The position numbers and the translations under genes were made by a program. Shown here one piece after another: positions 1 through 12,134 of a stretch of 64,000 bases of DNA; position 1 is the stretch's first letter, and each line of letters opens with the position of its first letter. A model generated the notes under the pieces. It had not been told where the DNA came from. It was given only the letters and a program-made list of their open reading frames with translations, and did no database searches. The DNA is from Sphaerodactylus townsendi (lineage: Eukaryota): positions 145,142,001 to 145,206,000 of the forward strand of contig NC_059426.1 in assembly GCF_021028975.2 (NCBI RefSeq), in the 5' to 3' direction.

Positions 1-273
1 GGTAACCAAGTAGAGGCACCCAGGGCCAGATGGCTTTATCTCAGTCTTCTGACCTTGAATATATCCTAAATTCCTGTCTTTTGTGCTTTCTGTAGTGTGG
101 GATAGAATTAAGGGAAAGGGAGGGGAGAGGTGAACAGGGGTTGATATATTGGGGTAGTGTGATAGTTCCAGCAGAACGAGCTTTTCTGCTCCAGTCGCTG
201 ATGTTTGCCAGTAAAGACTTCTAAACCTTCGAGTTGCAAAGTCTGATTTGAGACACAGATCCGGGGCTTGACA
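1..273 (+). mobile_element. Probable 3' part of an LTR, cut by the window edge
   Basis: AGTAAA polyA-like signal about 60 nt before a ...cttgACA terminus; other end not visible. Confidence 0.35.
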
Positions 274-299
274 CTATGCTACTCTCTTTTAGGCTCTAG

Positions 300-672
300 G
301 CCAAGGTCTCCAGCATGGCACCAATGGGTGGCAGGGAACCCATGAACACCTTTCTTGATGCACTCCAAGTGTTTTTTAAAAGTGGGTGTGGCCTGGTGGA
401 GTTTCTGCCTACCAGGGCTTCTGACTGACCACTGGAAATCTGATTGGCTGTACAGGGTTTTGACAAGCCACATGTTTACAAACTGCATTTTAAAAGGCAT
501 CCTGTTAAGCAGTGTTTCTGCCTGAAAAGGAGAAGAGTTACTATGAGAGTCATGCATAACCTCATTTTGTGACTGGCATCACCTCTTGTGGCAGCCATTT
601 TATAGTTGTGTCCACCATCCTGTGTCACAATTCTAAAGAGGCCACTGGTTCAAAAAAGTTGGGGGACCTCTG
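300..672. mobile_element. Degenerate non-autonomous hAT element
   Basis: Imperfect TIRs caaggtctccagc / gttgggggacctctg; no clear TSD. Confidence 0.45.
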
Positions 673-2289
673 CGATCAGAACACCCTTTAATTTGCAGTT
701 CGGTAGTTCAGATCCTCACAAATCTATCCTATCCACTCTCTCGCTTAATTTATGCATGCACCAAGTGGGAATGAGTAGACATTAAGTTTGTACAGAGATT
801 TGTACCTGTTCAAACGGAAGACAGAGGAACCATAAATTGTTATTCTGCCCTATGTTTTTTAAACCCTGACTGCAAGCAGAAATCTAGCACCACAGGAAAG
901 CTAAAATCTCTCCTGCTCATGTGGTAGCTTTCTACTTTCAGGGTATAGTTTATGAGAGGCAGCATTCAAAAATGGTGTCCCCACAAAGAGTCTGAAATGA
1001 TGCCGTCTACTTTGTCACCCCATTAACGCCTCTTTATTCTGCATGAGTAGATCTGACATTTTTCAAGAGAGACGTCTGGCCACGATTTCTCTCCTACCAA
1101 TGTACTAAAACTAGAAAGGAGCAGAATTGTCGAGACGGTAGATACAGAGCATGAGGTAAAAAAAGAGAAAAGGAATAGTATAATTGAGCCCATGAAATCC
1201 TTGCCTCCTGTTCTGATTATTAGCCTATTTCAAACAGGATGGTTTTTGCATCTAGTCACTGAACAGATGATTAACGGTTTAATCTCTAATAACTTTACAT
1301 TTTATGGAACCCTGCTAGGACTCTGCATCTGGTGAGCCAAGCTATTTAAAGCTGTGTTAATTCTGTTAATTGCTCCACGTTTATTTGGATTGCTGGCACC
1401 TGCGGGCTTTGGGATAATGTTTGGTGTTTATAGTCTCCCTTCTCCTTGCTGAGTAAAATGCAGAGGATTGTTTTCCTTGGCTACAACTGATAACCTTGGC
1501 AGAAGGTACTTGCTGTCAAGAAGACTCCCTCTTCCACCACAGCTGAAAGCAATGATTTGCCGCTCAAAGGGCCGGATGTTGGCTGCAGCAGGGATGTAGC
1601 AAACAGCATCCTGTTTTGCATCCATGTGCTATACTAAGATGGCAGCCACGGCATCAAGGAATGGAGCCAGAGAGTTTGAAAGGCTGGTCAGTTGCCCCTA
1701 TTAAAACCATGCTTTCCAGCTGGTTGCCAGCACTCCATTTTCACAATGCAAAACGCCTGGCTGCTTTCACAACACAGATGTGTGGAGGGGAAAAGCCTTC
1801 TGGTGATTATTTGAACTTGACTTGGAAATAAATTCAGGAGCTGCAAAGCAGAACTTTAAAAGTCCATCAGATTTACAGTGAGTTCCAGTGGACTGAAATG
1901 GAAAGATTGTGAACTGTGGAATCTAAGCAGAAAGACTGGCATCCAAGCCAGAAAGACTGGGAACATGGAAGCCACAGTTTACCCACATATGTGCGCAGCT
2001 GCCTTATAGCGAGCCACACCATTTTTCTGATTGACAGCTGCTCTCCCAGGGCTCAGGCAGAGATTTTTCACATTGCTGTTACCTGATTCTTCTAACTGGA
2101 CATGCCAAGTATTCCATCCCTTCCCCCACCTGGGGACAACACAGCATCTGCAGAGGGGAAGTGGTTGTATCTTTGCTCCCACAAACTAAGGCTGAATCCA
2201 GATAAGACAGAGGGGCTGTGGGTAAGAAGGTCCCCAAGTCCAGGAGATCAGAGGGCACCTGGTGCTGGATAAAGTAGGACCAGGTGCAA

Positions 2290-2770
2290 GATCTATGGGT
2301 ACTCTTGGATTCCAGCTTCACCCTTATCTGGACAGAAGAGACCTGGCCACAGCACTGCATGCCCTGGTAACTTCCCGTCTTGATTACTGGAATGCGCTTT
2401 ACATGGGGCTTCCCTTGAAGATGGTTTGAAAGCTGGAGCTGGTGCAAAATGCAGCAGCTAGGCTGATGATGGGTCAACCTTGCTGGTTGCATATAACGCC
2501 GGCCTTGAAAGAACCCCACTGGCTCCCTATTTGCTGTTGGTCCCAATTCAGGGTATTGACAGTCATATTTAAAACCCTAAATGGCTTGGGTCCCACCTAC
2601 CTGAAGGAGTACCTACACCCATATGAGCCAGCACATGCACTCAGGTCAAATGGGGAGGCCCTCCTGGTGATCCCTTCTGCTGCTGAGGTGTGGCAGAAGG
2701 GGGCATGCAGGAGGGCCTTTTCTGTGGAGGGCCCCAAGTTGTGGAACAGCCTCCCTGCAGAAATTTGCCA
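2290..2770 (+). mobile_element. L2 LINE ORF2 3' fragment
   Basis: Translates HALVTSRLDY..., VQNAAARL...HITPALKEPHWLPI...RRAFSVEGPKLWNSLP, the typical L2 C-terminus. Confidence 0.9.
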
Positions 2771-3797
2771 GTTTTTGACACAAAACTACACCTTTCTTGT
2801 GGGAAAGGAGCTAAACCACCCTATTCCTAAATCTACACAAGCCTATTCAAAGGGGAGAACAAAGCCAATATTCACGCTTAAACCTCAGCTCAGGATTCTC
2901 CAACAAGAAAGGCCAAATCTGATATGATTCTGGTATTTATTTCCCTTCGGCTTCTGGCCACAGAAGTGTCTGTAAGAAGTGACCATTACTGCCCAAAGGA
3001 CTCCCCATTCGAAGCTTGGAACCTCTCTTCCTGGGAATGTTCAAAAGCAGGGAGTACTGTTTTTTAACAGCCTTGAATCAATGGACTGGTGCTGAGTACA
3101 GATTTGGGGGAGATGGCTGATGAGAGTCTTCAGACTGGGACACACTTCAGAAAATCACAGACATTAGATGCAGCAATACCTGCCAGGCCTTCCTGTCCAT
3201 CTCTTTTCATCCTGTTGCTTCATTGTTCCATCCATCGTATTCATGGGCAGTGTTGCTAGGAAGAGCCATTTAGCCCAGCACTTTGCTTGCCAGTTTTTCT
3301 TTTCTCTCCATTCTGCAGAAGAGATTTCTAAGGGCAAATACAAATTCTTCGTTTGCTTTATTGTCTACACTTCCCTTGCACATTGTTCAACCCGTGTGGC
3401 ACCAAGAGGTAGAATAATGCTGTACTTCAATACTTTGTATCACAAGTTTGCTTACGTTTTAATTTTTTTCGAAGTGGAGGCTGTTGATAGAATATGATTA
3501 AGGCTTTGTCTCTTCTGTTCTTTTTTTTTTGCCGGCAACATTAATTAATTTCCCTTAAATATTACAGTAGGCAGTTATGACACTCTATATTGCAGCCCTG
3601 TAGAACTTCCCACCCACCCACTAAGTCACATGCTATCCACTAGCAAATATGGCATCTTACTAGGATTCTGAGAAATTTCCTCTATCCTTCCTGCCTGGGG
3701 GACTACAAAACCATGGGAGTTAATAAACACCTGGTCAGTCAGAAGAGGCAACTGGATTTGAAGCTGTATTGTCGAAGGACTTGAAGTTCTTCAGGTC

Positions 3798-4239
3798 TAT
3801 TGTCGAAGGCTTTCACGGCTGAATTCAGATGGTTCTGGTGGGTTTTCCGGGCTGTGTGGCCGTGGTCTGGTGGATTTTGTTCCTATCGTTGAAATTCACA
3901 AACACCAGGACAACTTCAATAAGAAAGAAGAGATGTTAAAAATTAGCAAAGCCTGGCTCCCAGTACTTAAAAAATGGACTGATAACCCCAACCATAATAC
4001 AATGCACTCAACCACACCTTTGCATAGCAAGTTCCACCCAAACACTTAATGATTGATTCCCCACCCTGGGACATGGACAATATACCCCACTAAACTTTCC
4101 CTTCTCACTTAGACACAGTGTGAAACAGACTTTTCTCTGTGATACACCTCTGAAGATGCCAGCCACAGATGCAGGCGAAATGTTAGGAACAAAATCCACC
4201 AGACCACGGCCACACAACCTGGAAAACCCACCAGAACCA
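3798..4239 (+). mobile_element. Truncated Penelope-like retroelement with inverted pseudo-LTR
   Basis: GIY-YIG C-terminal remnant EIHKHQDNFNKKEEMLKISKAWLPVLK from 3891; inverted arms ~3830-3890 and ~4180-4239; direct repeat agttcttcaggtct at 3785-3798 and 4239-4252. Confidence 0.85.
4147..4187 (+). ncRNA. Minimal type I hammerhead ribozyme (PLE-associated, one mismatch in stem III)
   Basis: cct-CTGAAGA-tgcc...ggc-GAAA-tgtt-agg: core boxes CUGANGA and GAAA, stem I cct/agg, stem II gcc/ggc. Confidence 0.75.
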
Positions 4240-4634
4240 GTTCTTCAGGTCTGTTTAGTTGTTGGATGTAACTAATCAAAACATGCCCTTAATTCTCTTT
4301 CTTGTCTCCCCTCTGACATTTATTATAGCATCAAAGGGGGAGAACACCAACTAGGGGAGTAATAATATAGACAAAAAAAGTATCTTCATGATTGTCCATT
4401 TCCATTTTCTATAGCTCACTTTCTCACAACTAACCAGGGATAGCATCTGTGTGCTTTGCTGGGTTTTGTGCCCAAGGCTTTCCAAGTTTGAAGTGTGAGA
4501 CTGTGGCCTTTTAGTGCCTATACTACCTGCATGCATGTACATATTTCCACAGACAGCGTTTTTGTTCGCTTGCATTGTTTCCAAGTTCTTCAATCCTAAC
4601 CCTACTGAGAGTCAGTGTTGTATAGTGGATAGAG

Positions 4635-5131
4635 CAGAGGTGAAGCTACAAGGGGGCCAGGGTGTGTGTGTTGCACCGGGGGCGCGCCTGGGGAGCGCGC
4701 AAAAATTCAGGTTTATGTTTTGTATTTTTTAGTATTTTTTCAGTTTTTGGCCTGCAGGGGGTGCGATTTTTAGGCTAGCAGCTCGAAAAATTTCATGGTG
4801 ACGGTGACGTTTGGTTCAGGGGGTCCAAAGTTATGGACTCCCAAAAGGGGTGCCCCCATCCCCCATTGTTTTCAATAGGAGATGGGGGCTACACCTTTGA
4901 GGGTCCATAACTTTGGCCCCCTGAACCAAACTTTACCAAACCTGGGTGGTATCATCAGGAGAGTCTCCTAAAGATACCCTGACATTTTGGTGCTGCTAGC
5001 CTAAAAGCTGCGCCCCTGCAGGCCAAAAACTGAAAAAAACACTAAAAATACAAAAAACACACACAAACATGGGGTTGGGGCACAAAACTCAGATTTTGCA
5101 CCAGGCTCCATTTTCCATAGCTATGCCTCTG
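4635..5131. mobile_element. Non-autonomous hAT element with internal fold-back, inserted in a SINE head
   Basis: TIRs cagaggtgaagcta / tagctatgcctctg; perfect 8-bp TSD ggatagag at 4627-4634 and 5132-5139. Confidence 0.88.
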
Positions 5132-5284
5132 GGATAGAGTGGCAGATTAGGACCCTCACTGACCTCGGTTCAAATCCCCAATTGTACTATGGAAGTTTAC
5201 CAGAGAGCAGAAATAGATTAGAAGCTAGTGTAGGTGTGCCTTCCACCCACCAGTAGTACTTTAATCTATTTAGAATTAAGTTTC

Positions 5285-5810
5285 CACTTAGTTGGGATTA
5301 AGCTTTCAAAATGGCTTCCAGGCACTATTCAGGGTTTCTATAGCCTCATCGCTTCTCGGCCTTTTGGCTAAGATCAAGTGTGTAGTTTCATTTTAGTGCA
5401 AGATAGAGCTGAGTGTCATCCACATGTTGTTGACAACCTAGCCCAAATCTCTGGTGACCACATCAGCAGTTTCATTTAAATCTTAAAGAGAATAGGGGAC
5501 AAGATGGAACCTCGTGGGACTCCATAGACCAAAGGTAGACCTCTAGCACCACCTTCTGAAACCTGCCCTCCTGGTAAGACCAGAGCCATTGCAGACAGTG
5601 TCTCCCAATCCCAGTTCAGATATATGGTCCAGAAGAATATAATGAGTGTAATGGTACTGAAAGTCATTGAGGGGTCCAGGAGCATCAATAGAGTCACACT
5701 CCTTCTGTTCATCCCATGGGGCAGGTCATCTACAGGCCTAAATCCAGACTGGAAAGGATCTAAACAATTTGCCTCATCCAGGAAAAGTTTGCATTATGCA
5801 GCCAGCACCC
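5285..5810 (-). mobile_element. L2 LINE reverse-transcriptase fragment
   Basis: The minus strand gives LLMLLDPSMTFSTI, YGVPRGSILSPILFKI, HVDDTQLY (a YADD box) and KLNP. Confidence 0.85.
5348..5386 (+). pseudogene. RNU2: 3'-truncated U2 snRNA fragment (first ~37 nt)
   Basis: atcgcttctcggccttttggctaagatcaagtg(tg)tagt matches the U2 5' end with one extra TG; no U2 3' part. Confidence 0.93.
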
Positions 5811-6479
5811 AATAGAGAGAGATAAATCTGTTTTCATGCAACCTGCTCTGAGACTGTTGTAAAGAATGGGGAAATAAATCTGTCTAAATAATAAATACAT
5901 AAATAAATATCATCTTCAGAAAAATCCAGCTTGATGTTTGTATGCTTGTTTGTATTAACTCATTTTAATACCAGGCAACCACTTTAGTAAGTTAAGGTAT
6001 AATATACTGGCACAGTCTATACAAAATAGAGAATGACAGATGAGTACAACAGCAATTCTGTATACTGCAGGTATATTTAAACAGAAGATCATGCAGTGCA
6101 AAGAATACATGCATTTTTAGGCATTGCCATCTCCCCCACCCCGATTCCTTCCTTTCTAATGTGTGAATGTGGAGGATCAAAATCTGGTAATAGTGCTTAG
6201 TGCAGGCAAGGCCACTGAAATGGAAATCAGAGTGGCCACCCTAGACAAATAGTCTTCAGTGGGTTTTTTTTTTTTGCTCCATGTCACCTTCCCTGATTTG
6301 GTTTGTTGAGAGTGGGCATATTGAGGATGGGACCTTCTGTGGCTGTGCACAGGTAGAAACAGCCCTCAAACAAAACAGTACATGCATCAATCAGGGCCAA
6401 ATTTCACAGGGCCATTTTTTCAACTTCAAAAATCCCCATTTTGTTTCTGCTTCATCCCGGTGCCAATCAAACTCATATG

Positions 6480-6824
6480 TTTTGGGGGGAATGGCACCTG
6501 GAGCAAACTGGCACCCGGGTCCCACACTCCCGTGGGACTCGACCCCTGCAGGCCCCTCTGTGGTGCCCCTCCCCCACCCACTTACCTTAGTTCAGCTGGC
6601 TGCAAAGAGCAGCTGGCTGAAAAGCTTCTGCTGGGCTTGGAGGGGTGTGGGGGCGCCCCGCCATCCCTTGCCACCATCCCTTGCCCACTTACCTTAGTTT
6701 AGCCGGCTGCTCTTTGCAGCTGGCTGAAAAGCTTTTTCCAGGCCTGGTGGGACGGGGCGAGGGAGGAAGAGTGTGGACGTGGGGGATGATTTTCCCTGAT
6801 GTCCCCATTATAGTTATGCTACTG
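6480..6824. mobile_element. GC-rich DNA-transposon remnant with ~107-bp internal duplication
   Basis: cccacttaccttagtt.agc.ggctgc occurs twice (~6577 and ~6684); hAT-like right end tagttatgctactg. Confidence 0.45.
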
Positions 6825-7792
6825 GTGCCACTCTCTCAAGCCAAATTTTCCACATTTAATTGATTCAGTTTTAATGTTATTTTTGCATTGACATTTTTAT
6901 GAACAGTGCAGTATAGTGCAAACTTAAGCAGTTATACCGATGCCTATTTTGTTTCATTTATTTATCATACCCCTTTTCTCCCTAATGGAACCCAAAGCAG
7001 CTGATTAAAATACTTAGGCATAATGTAAATAAACAACCATTTAAGCTTAAAAAGATACAATTAAAATAAACAAATAAACAAGAAAACAAAGCCAATTTCT
7101 GGGGAGGTTCTGAATCTTGTGAAGCAATTGATACAATGGACATAGACTGCAAGCCCTGGGTCAAAGGTTTTGGGCCTCTGGCCGTGTTTGGGCTTTTATG
7201 CCTGGAGACAGGTAATAGACAGAAGCTCAGGGATGTGTTGTGCAGCTGGGGATTGACATTAAAGGGGTTAACCCTGTTTAGGATTGCAGTCTCCCTCCTT
7301 CTCCTCTAAGGAAAAGTTACAAATTAAGAAATCCATTCAGGCAGTAGAGGGAGGGGTACAGGAAGGAAGAGGAAATGATTGATCTATTATGCATGGAACA
7401 TTTACCTCATGGCTCTTCACTGCTTAGTAAGGTTGTGGTGGGTCTCCTCACAATTCTGTGTTTACATGTGAGGAAGCACCCCACTGCCTACTGTGTAGCT
7501 TGCCTCTGAACTCTCCCAGGTCTGCTTTTCCTGTTTCTGTTAACTCTGCCCATCAACTCACTCTTAAAGGCACATAGCCGCAGGACTGATGGCTCTGTTA
7601 AAGTAATTTAAGTTACTGTTATATCGTTCTTGCTGTTATTGCAATTATATCGATATTGTAGCTCCTTTCCAAAAATAATCTTCCCAAACGGAAGAGGCAA
7701 AGCAGTTCCCTGGATCACACTCTGCTGAAGAAGGGAATTATGTTCTAGAAATAATATCCTCCCTTCTCCCTCTCCACATGCTCAAACATACT

Positions 7793-7882
7793 TCCTGCTG
7801 CTGCTATTGCTGCTGCTGCCGCCGCCGCCATGGCAAAAGCAATGCCGCCATGGCAAAAACAATGTTTATATATATATATATA
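7793..7882 (+). repeat. Compound (CTG)n(CCG)n microsatellite, short duplication and (TA)n
   Basis: Directly visible. Confidence 0.85.
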
Positions 7883-9171
7883 TTTCTTGACATTTCAATA
7901 TTCCATTACTTTAATAGATCTAATACGGTACAAATGCTTGAAGTTGCAATAAAGTTTTTAAAAGCCCTCCCAACCATTGGGGAGGGTTAAAGTAGAGCAT
8001 GGGAGGCAAGGTGGATAAAAAAGTCCAAAACAAAGAATAATGCAGGGCCATTGGTTCCACAGTCGCCGTTTGCCCGCTCTCTCAGACAGTGGAGATTGTG
8101 GGATCTGCTGTGCAGTGAGTGTGAGAGCAGGGAGAAGGCGTCCTTAACAGATGCTCTGCCCTGAAGAGAATCTTCCCTTCAGTGTGTGGCAGAGCACCAA
8201 TGTATAATCAGCTATTGACCAAACATGAAGAATCAGAAGCTGCTGCATTTAAAACAATAGAGTCTGGGAGGATTTAAAGGGACAGCTAGAGGCTTTAATT
8301 ACTGCTTTACAATTTGGTTGTATGATATGCACATTAATATATCTTATTTTTCATGTTTGCCAAATCATAATTTTATTAGAATAACCAACAAAAATGTATT
8401 GGCCATAGCAATGCATGCAACAGTATCTAACTTTTAACTATATAGCTACAAAAGCATGCCAAAGGGCTAATTCAGTATACATTAACAGTTACAAATAAAT
8501 ATACAGTCTGAAATATAATCCATAAATGAATATCTGCTTCTACATCAGGGTACCATATCATTGGGTCCCGCCATCCTCCCTCTCTCTCTTTTTTCTGTTC
8601 TGAGGAGAGGGTCTGATATTAGGTTTATTGGGCGCCTTTTATTTTATTGTATGACCAATATTTTAAATGGGATTTTATTCCTTATTTTAGTAATCTAAAT
8701 TGTTGGGGCCATGTAAACTGTTCTTATTGTTTGCTCCTCGTTAAATAGTATGTTGGATTTTATGTTGTAAACTGCCCAGAGCCCCTTGGGGATGGGGCAG
8801 TATAAAAAACTAAGAAATAAAATAAATAAATATAACTAAAATACAGCAGAGAATAGAAAAGAACTATTGTCATCCTTAGATTTCTTTTTGACCCATTTTG
8901 GCAACAATAACAGCTGAATTTGCAGTTTTTCTGGTCAGCTTTCCATCTTACCCACACACAATATTATTGTTTGTTTGTTTCATGCTAGAGAAATTTATAT
9001 TTTATGACACTGCAGATATTCATTCGACACATAATATCTAGGCTTTGTAATTTCAGCATGCTTTAACCCTTCCCTCAAAATACAAGAGCCTCCTTGGACT
9101 AGCTGCAGGTGGTCTAACCCAGTGGTTCTCAACCTTCCATATCTTTGTTCTTTCTTTCTTTTTCATTATTT

Positions 9172-9395
9172 TTTTGCTGTCAAGTCACACCTGACTTACA
9201 ATGACCCCAGTGGGGTTTTCAAGACAAGATACGTTCACAGGTCATATGCCTTTGTCTACCTTTGTGTCATAAACCTGGTATTCCTTGGTATTCCAATAGT
9301 GTAATTGGTCCCATCCAAATACTTGCCAGGGTCAACCCTACATATAGCTCTGAAATCTGATGAGATCAAGCTAGCCTGGGCTATCCAGGTCAGGA
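9172..9395 (-). mobile_element. 5S rRNA-headed SINE
   Basis: The reverse complement has gatctcatcagatttcagagcta...tatttggatggga (5S internal-promoter region) followed by a Sauria/RTE-like tail. Confidence 0.75.
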
Positions 9396-9442
9396 TATCT
9401 TACTAATGACCAGTCACTTCTGAAGAACCAGGGTCTTACTAT

Positions 9443-9857
9443 TATTGGGAAAAATTATTTACTCATAAGTAGAGCTTAGCAGAGTTTCCAGAATAAACGA
9501 GACAGAGCCAATGACAGTTGCTTTATAAAAAGAGAAAAAGTTTACTAGCTATGATAATAGGAAAAAGGTTACAAAAAGATAAATGCTTTCTATCAGTTGC
9601 ATCCAGCCTGCAGCGTGCTAGCGGATGCAAATCTGGTCTACATTCTACACGTGGATCTGCTGGAACAAAGGCAACAGGTTAGCTTTATAATTTTGGTCAT
9701 ACGCGCTATAAGACTTGCCAGCTATGTCTGACTAAGCTGACCAATGGCTGACCCATTGACCCTCTCATTAAAGAGTGATCTCAGTATCTACTTAGCATAC
9801 AGATGGTTAACTCTTTCCTGACTCAATTGTGTGACAGACACTTGCCAAATCCCAACA
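9443..9857 (-). mobile_element. Solo LTR
   Basis: Termini tattggga / tcccaaca; 5-bp TSD actat at 9438-9442 and 9858-9862. Confidence 0.8.
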
Positions 9858-12134
9858 ACTATGAAAGTAACATAAAGCCCATTCTTCTTGAAAGGACATC
9901 TATGTGCTTGTAGGTGTTCTGTTATTACTTACTAACATGCTAAAGGTCACATAATCTGTGGCAAGGTAGGGTTGACGGAAAGCAGTACACAATACTTGCT
10001 GGTGGACATGGGGATGGAAGGAAAGCAAGTTCTTATTAAAGCCCTGCATTCCACCTAGGCTAATTTTATGTCCAACTGGTGATCCATGTACAGCTGGTTG
10101 AGAACCACTGGTCTAAACAACACAAGCAATCCTCTCAAGTAATATGCTCAAAAATTACCCTGCTCCAATGCCTGATTTTACTCCAAATGGAGGCCCCTAT
10201 GAGTTCACATTAATCATTTGTTCCAAATTTAAAGTGAGCAGAATTTCAAATGCATTTTCATCTCTGCAAATGGTAGCATTTAACTTAACATAGGCAGCTG
10301 GCTAGTAGCTGCTCTTGGCACATGTTCATAAATTGAAATTGGTGAAAATGATTGCTTCTTAGTCTTTCAGTGCAGGAGACCATGAAATATATGCAGTCGC
10401 TCCCACCAACCCTGGCTAAAAGTCATGCTAGGAATGTTTGGGAAGAATAATTTATATGAAAGATACACCCCATTCAGAGCTTATCCTGTGAGATCCATCC
10501 CCCGCTAAAGATTACTCCCCTGACTTTAGAAAGGGAAGCTTGTAGCCTGGAGAGGGAGAAATTATACAGGAAGGAATAGGGGTATGTGCTCACTTACACA
10601 CTTTGCGAGTGTCCTATTACACCCGGTCAGGGCCCTCTGAATGGTAATGGGTTGTCTATGAGAACACTCACAAAATATGAACAGTTGTAGGTTGAGCAAT
10701 TAGAATCAGACAAAGACTGAAGGAACTAAAAGGAAGCAAGACACAGTGGACATTCTTGAAAGCAAACAAGAGAAGACACAGATTACAGCTTCAAATCTGC
10801 TCAAGACAAGCAAGTACTTTGATTTAGACAGACCCAAGGGAGGAGTTAGGGTCTTAATTCTCCTAAGTAATAAACCTATTGTATGAACTGTTGAACCTGG
10901 CTTCTGTCTCCCCCACTCTGTCCTAGCCAAGTACAGGGCACCAAAAACAGATTCACTTGGGGGGCAGAACAATCTCAGCACTTCCTTCTTAGGCCAACCA
11001 AAGAGGTGATTTGCAGGGTAATTCAAAATAGGATCCCTGCTCACACATTACAAAGAACACATGTACATCTTGTCTGCACATGTATGTAAGAGCCAACTGA
11101 CATTCACGTTGTGAATGAAACTGTAGACTAGTACCTGTGAGGTTTGTCTCACACTCTCAATTGTACATGAATTCACTACAACATGTGAGTTACTCTCCAT
11201 GCTCCTACAAAGAAGCATAAAATGTTTGCTATACACAGACTGTACATGTGTTCACTGTAACTTCCGAACAGGAAGCTGCAGTTATACACTTCCAAGTCCA
11301 TTGAAGACAATAGGCTGAGAAGGGTATAACTCTGTTTAGGATGGCATACATGTAACATTATGGAAAGAGAACATGCTGTATTTAGAAACCCCAAAAGCAG
11401 AAAATTAAACAGACAGAAAAACATGCAAGGCTTTGTGTGAATATTAATAGCCTTTTTTATTCATGTGGGTTATTTGTAGCTTGCTATGTTTTATGTATTA
11501 TTCAATATTTTTTTCTGTTTTGTTTTGAAGTATTGCTACTTGCCTTGAACCTTCAAGATGAGGTGGGTTAAAAATTCAAGTAAACACATTTTAGGAAAGG
11601 AATGAATGTGAACTTGTGTTTGCAGATTTGCACTCATACTGTTCAATCAGATGAAAACAAGGCTAGTTCACAACTTTGTAGGATAGTCGGGCATGGACTG
11701 AATGTAAAAATACACTAAGATAGATAGAATTAGTGTAATAGGCATGTTCACAGGCATGGATGAGCATGAATGTAAACAGAAGCACATGCATGGGAGTAGT
11801 ACATGTATATTTTCCTTTAGTATTTGCATGCATTGCTCAAAGGCAAACATAGCACTCACCATTGTATGTACACTGATATGGACACAGTAACTCATTCTTA
11901 CAGTAACTCAAATGCTTATAAATAGTTGGGTTGCCATTTGATCTACATATGTACCTGTCTTACCCTGTCAGGACACTGGTCCTTCAAGCCCCGCATTGTC
12001 TGTTCTGGTTGGCAGCAGTTGTCTCAAGTTGTTTCCAAGTTCCTTTCTCTGCTCCTTAGGACCTTTTTGGATGGAGACACCAGGCATCAACAAATTATGT
12101 ATGCAACACTTGTCTAGTAATACTGAATTATGAA

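Larger units (their letters stand above)
9120..10110. mobile_element. hAT-Charlie-like element hosting nested insertions
   Basis: Perfect 15-bp TIRs cagtggttctcaacc / ggttgagaaccactg; TSD gtctaacc / gtctaaac (7 of 8). Confidence 0.85.

Noticed and set aside
5348-5386. Functional U2 gene
   Set aside because: Only ~37 nt of the 5' end; no Sm site or 3' stem-loops.
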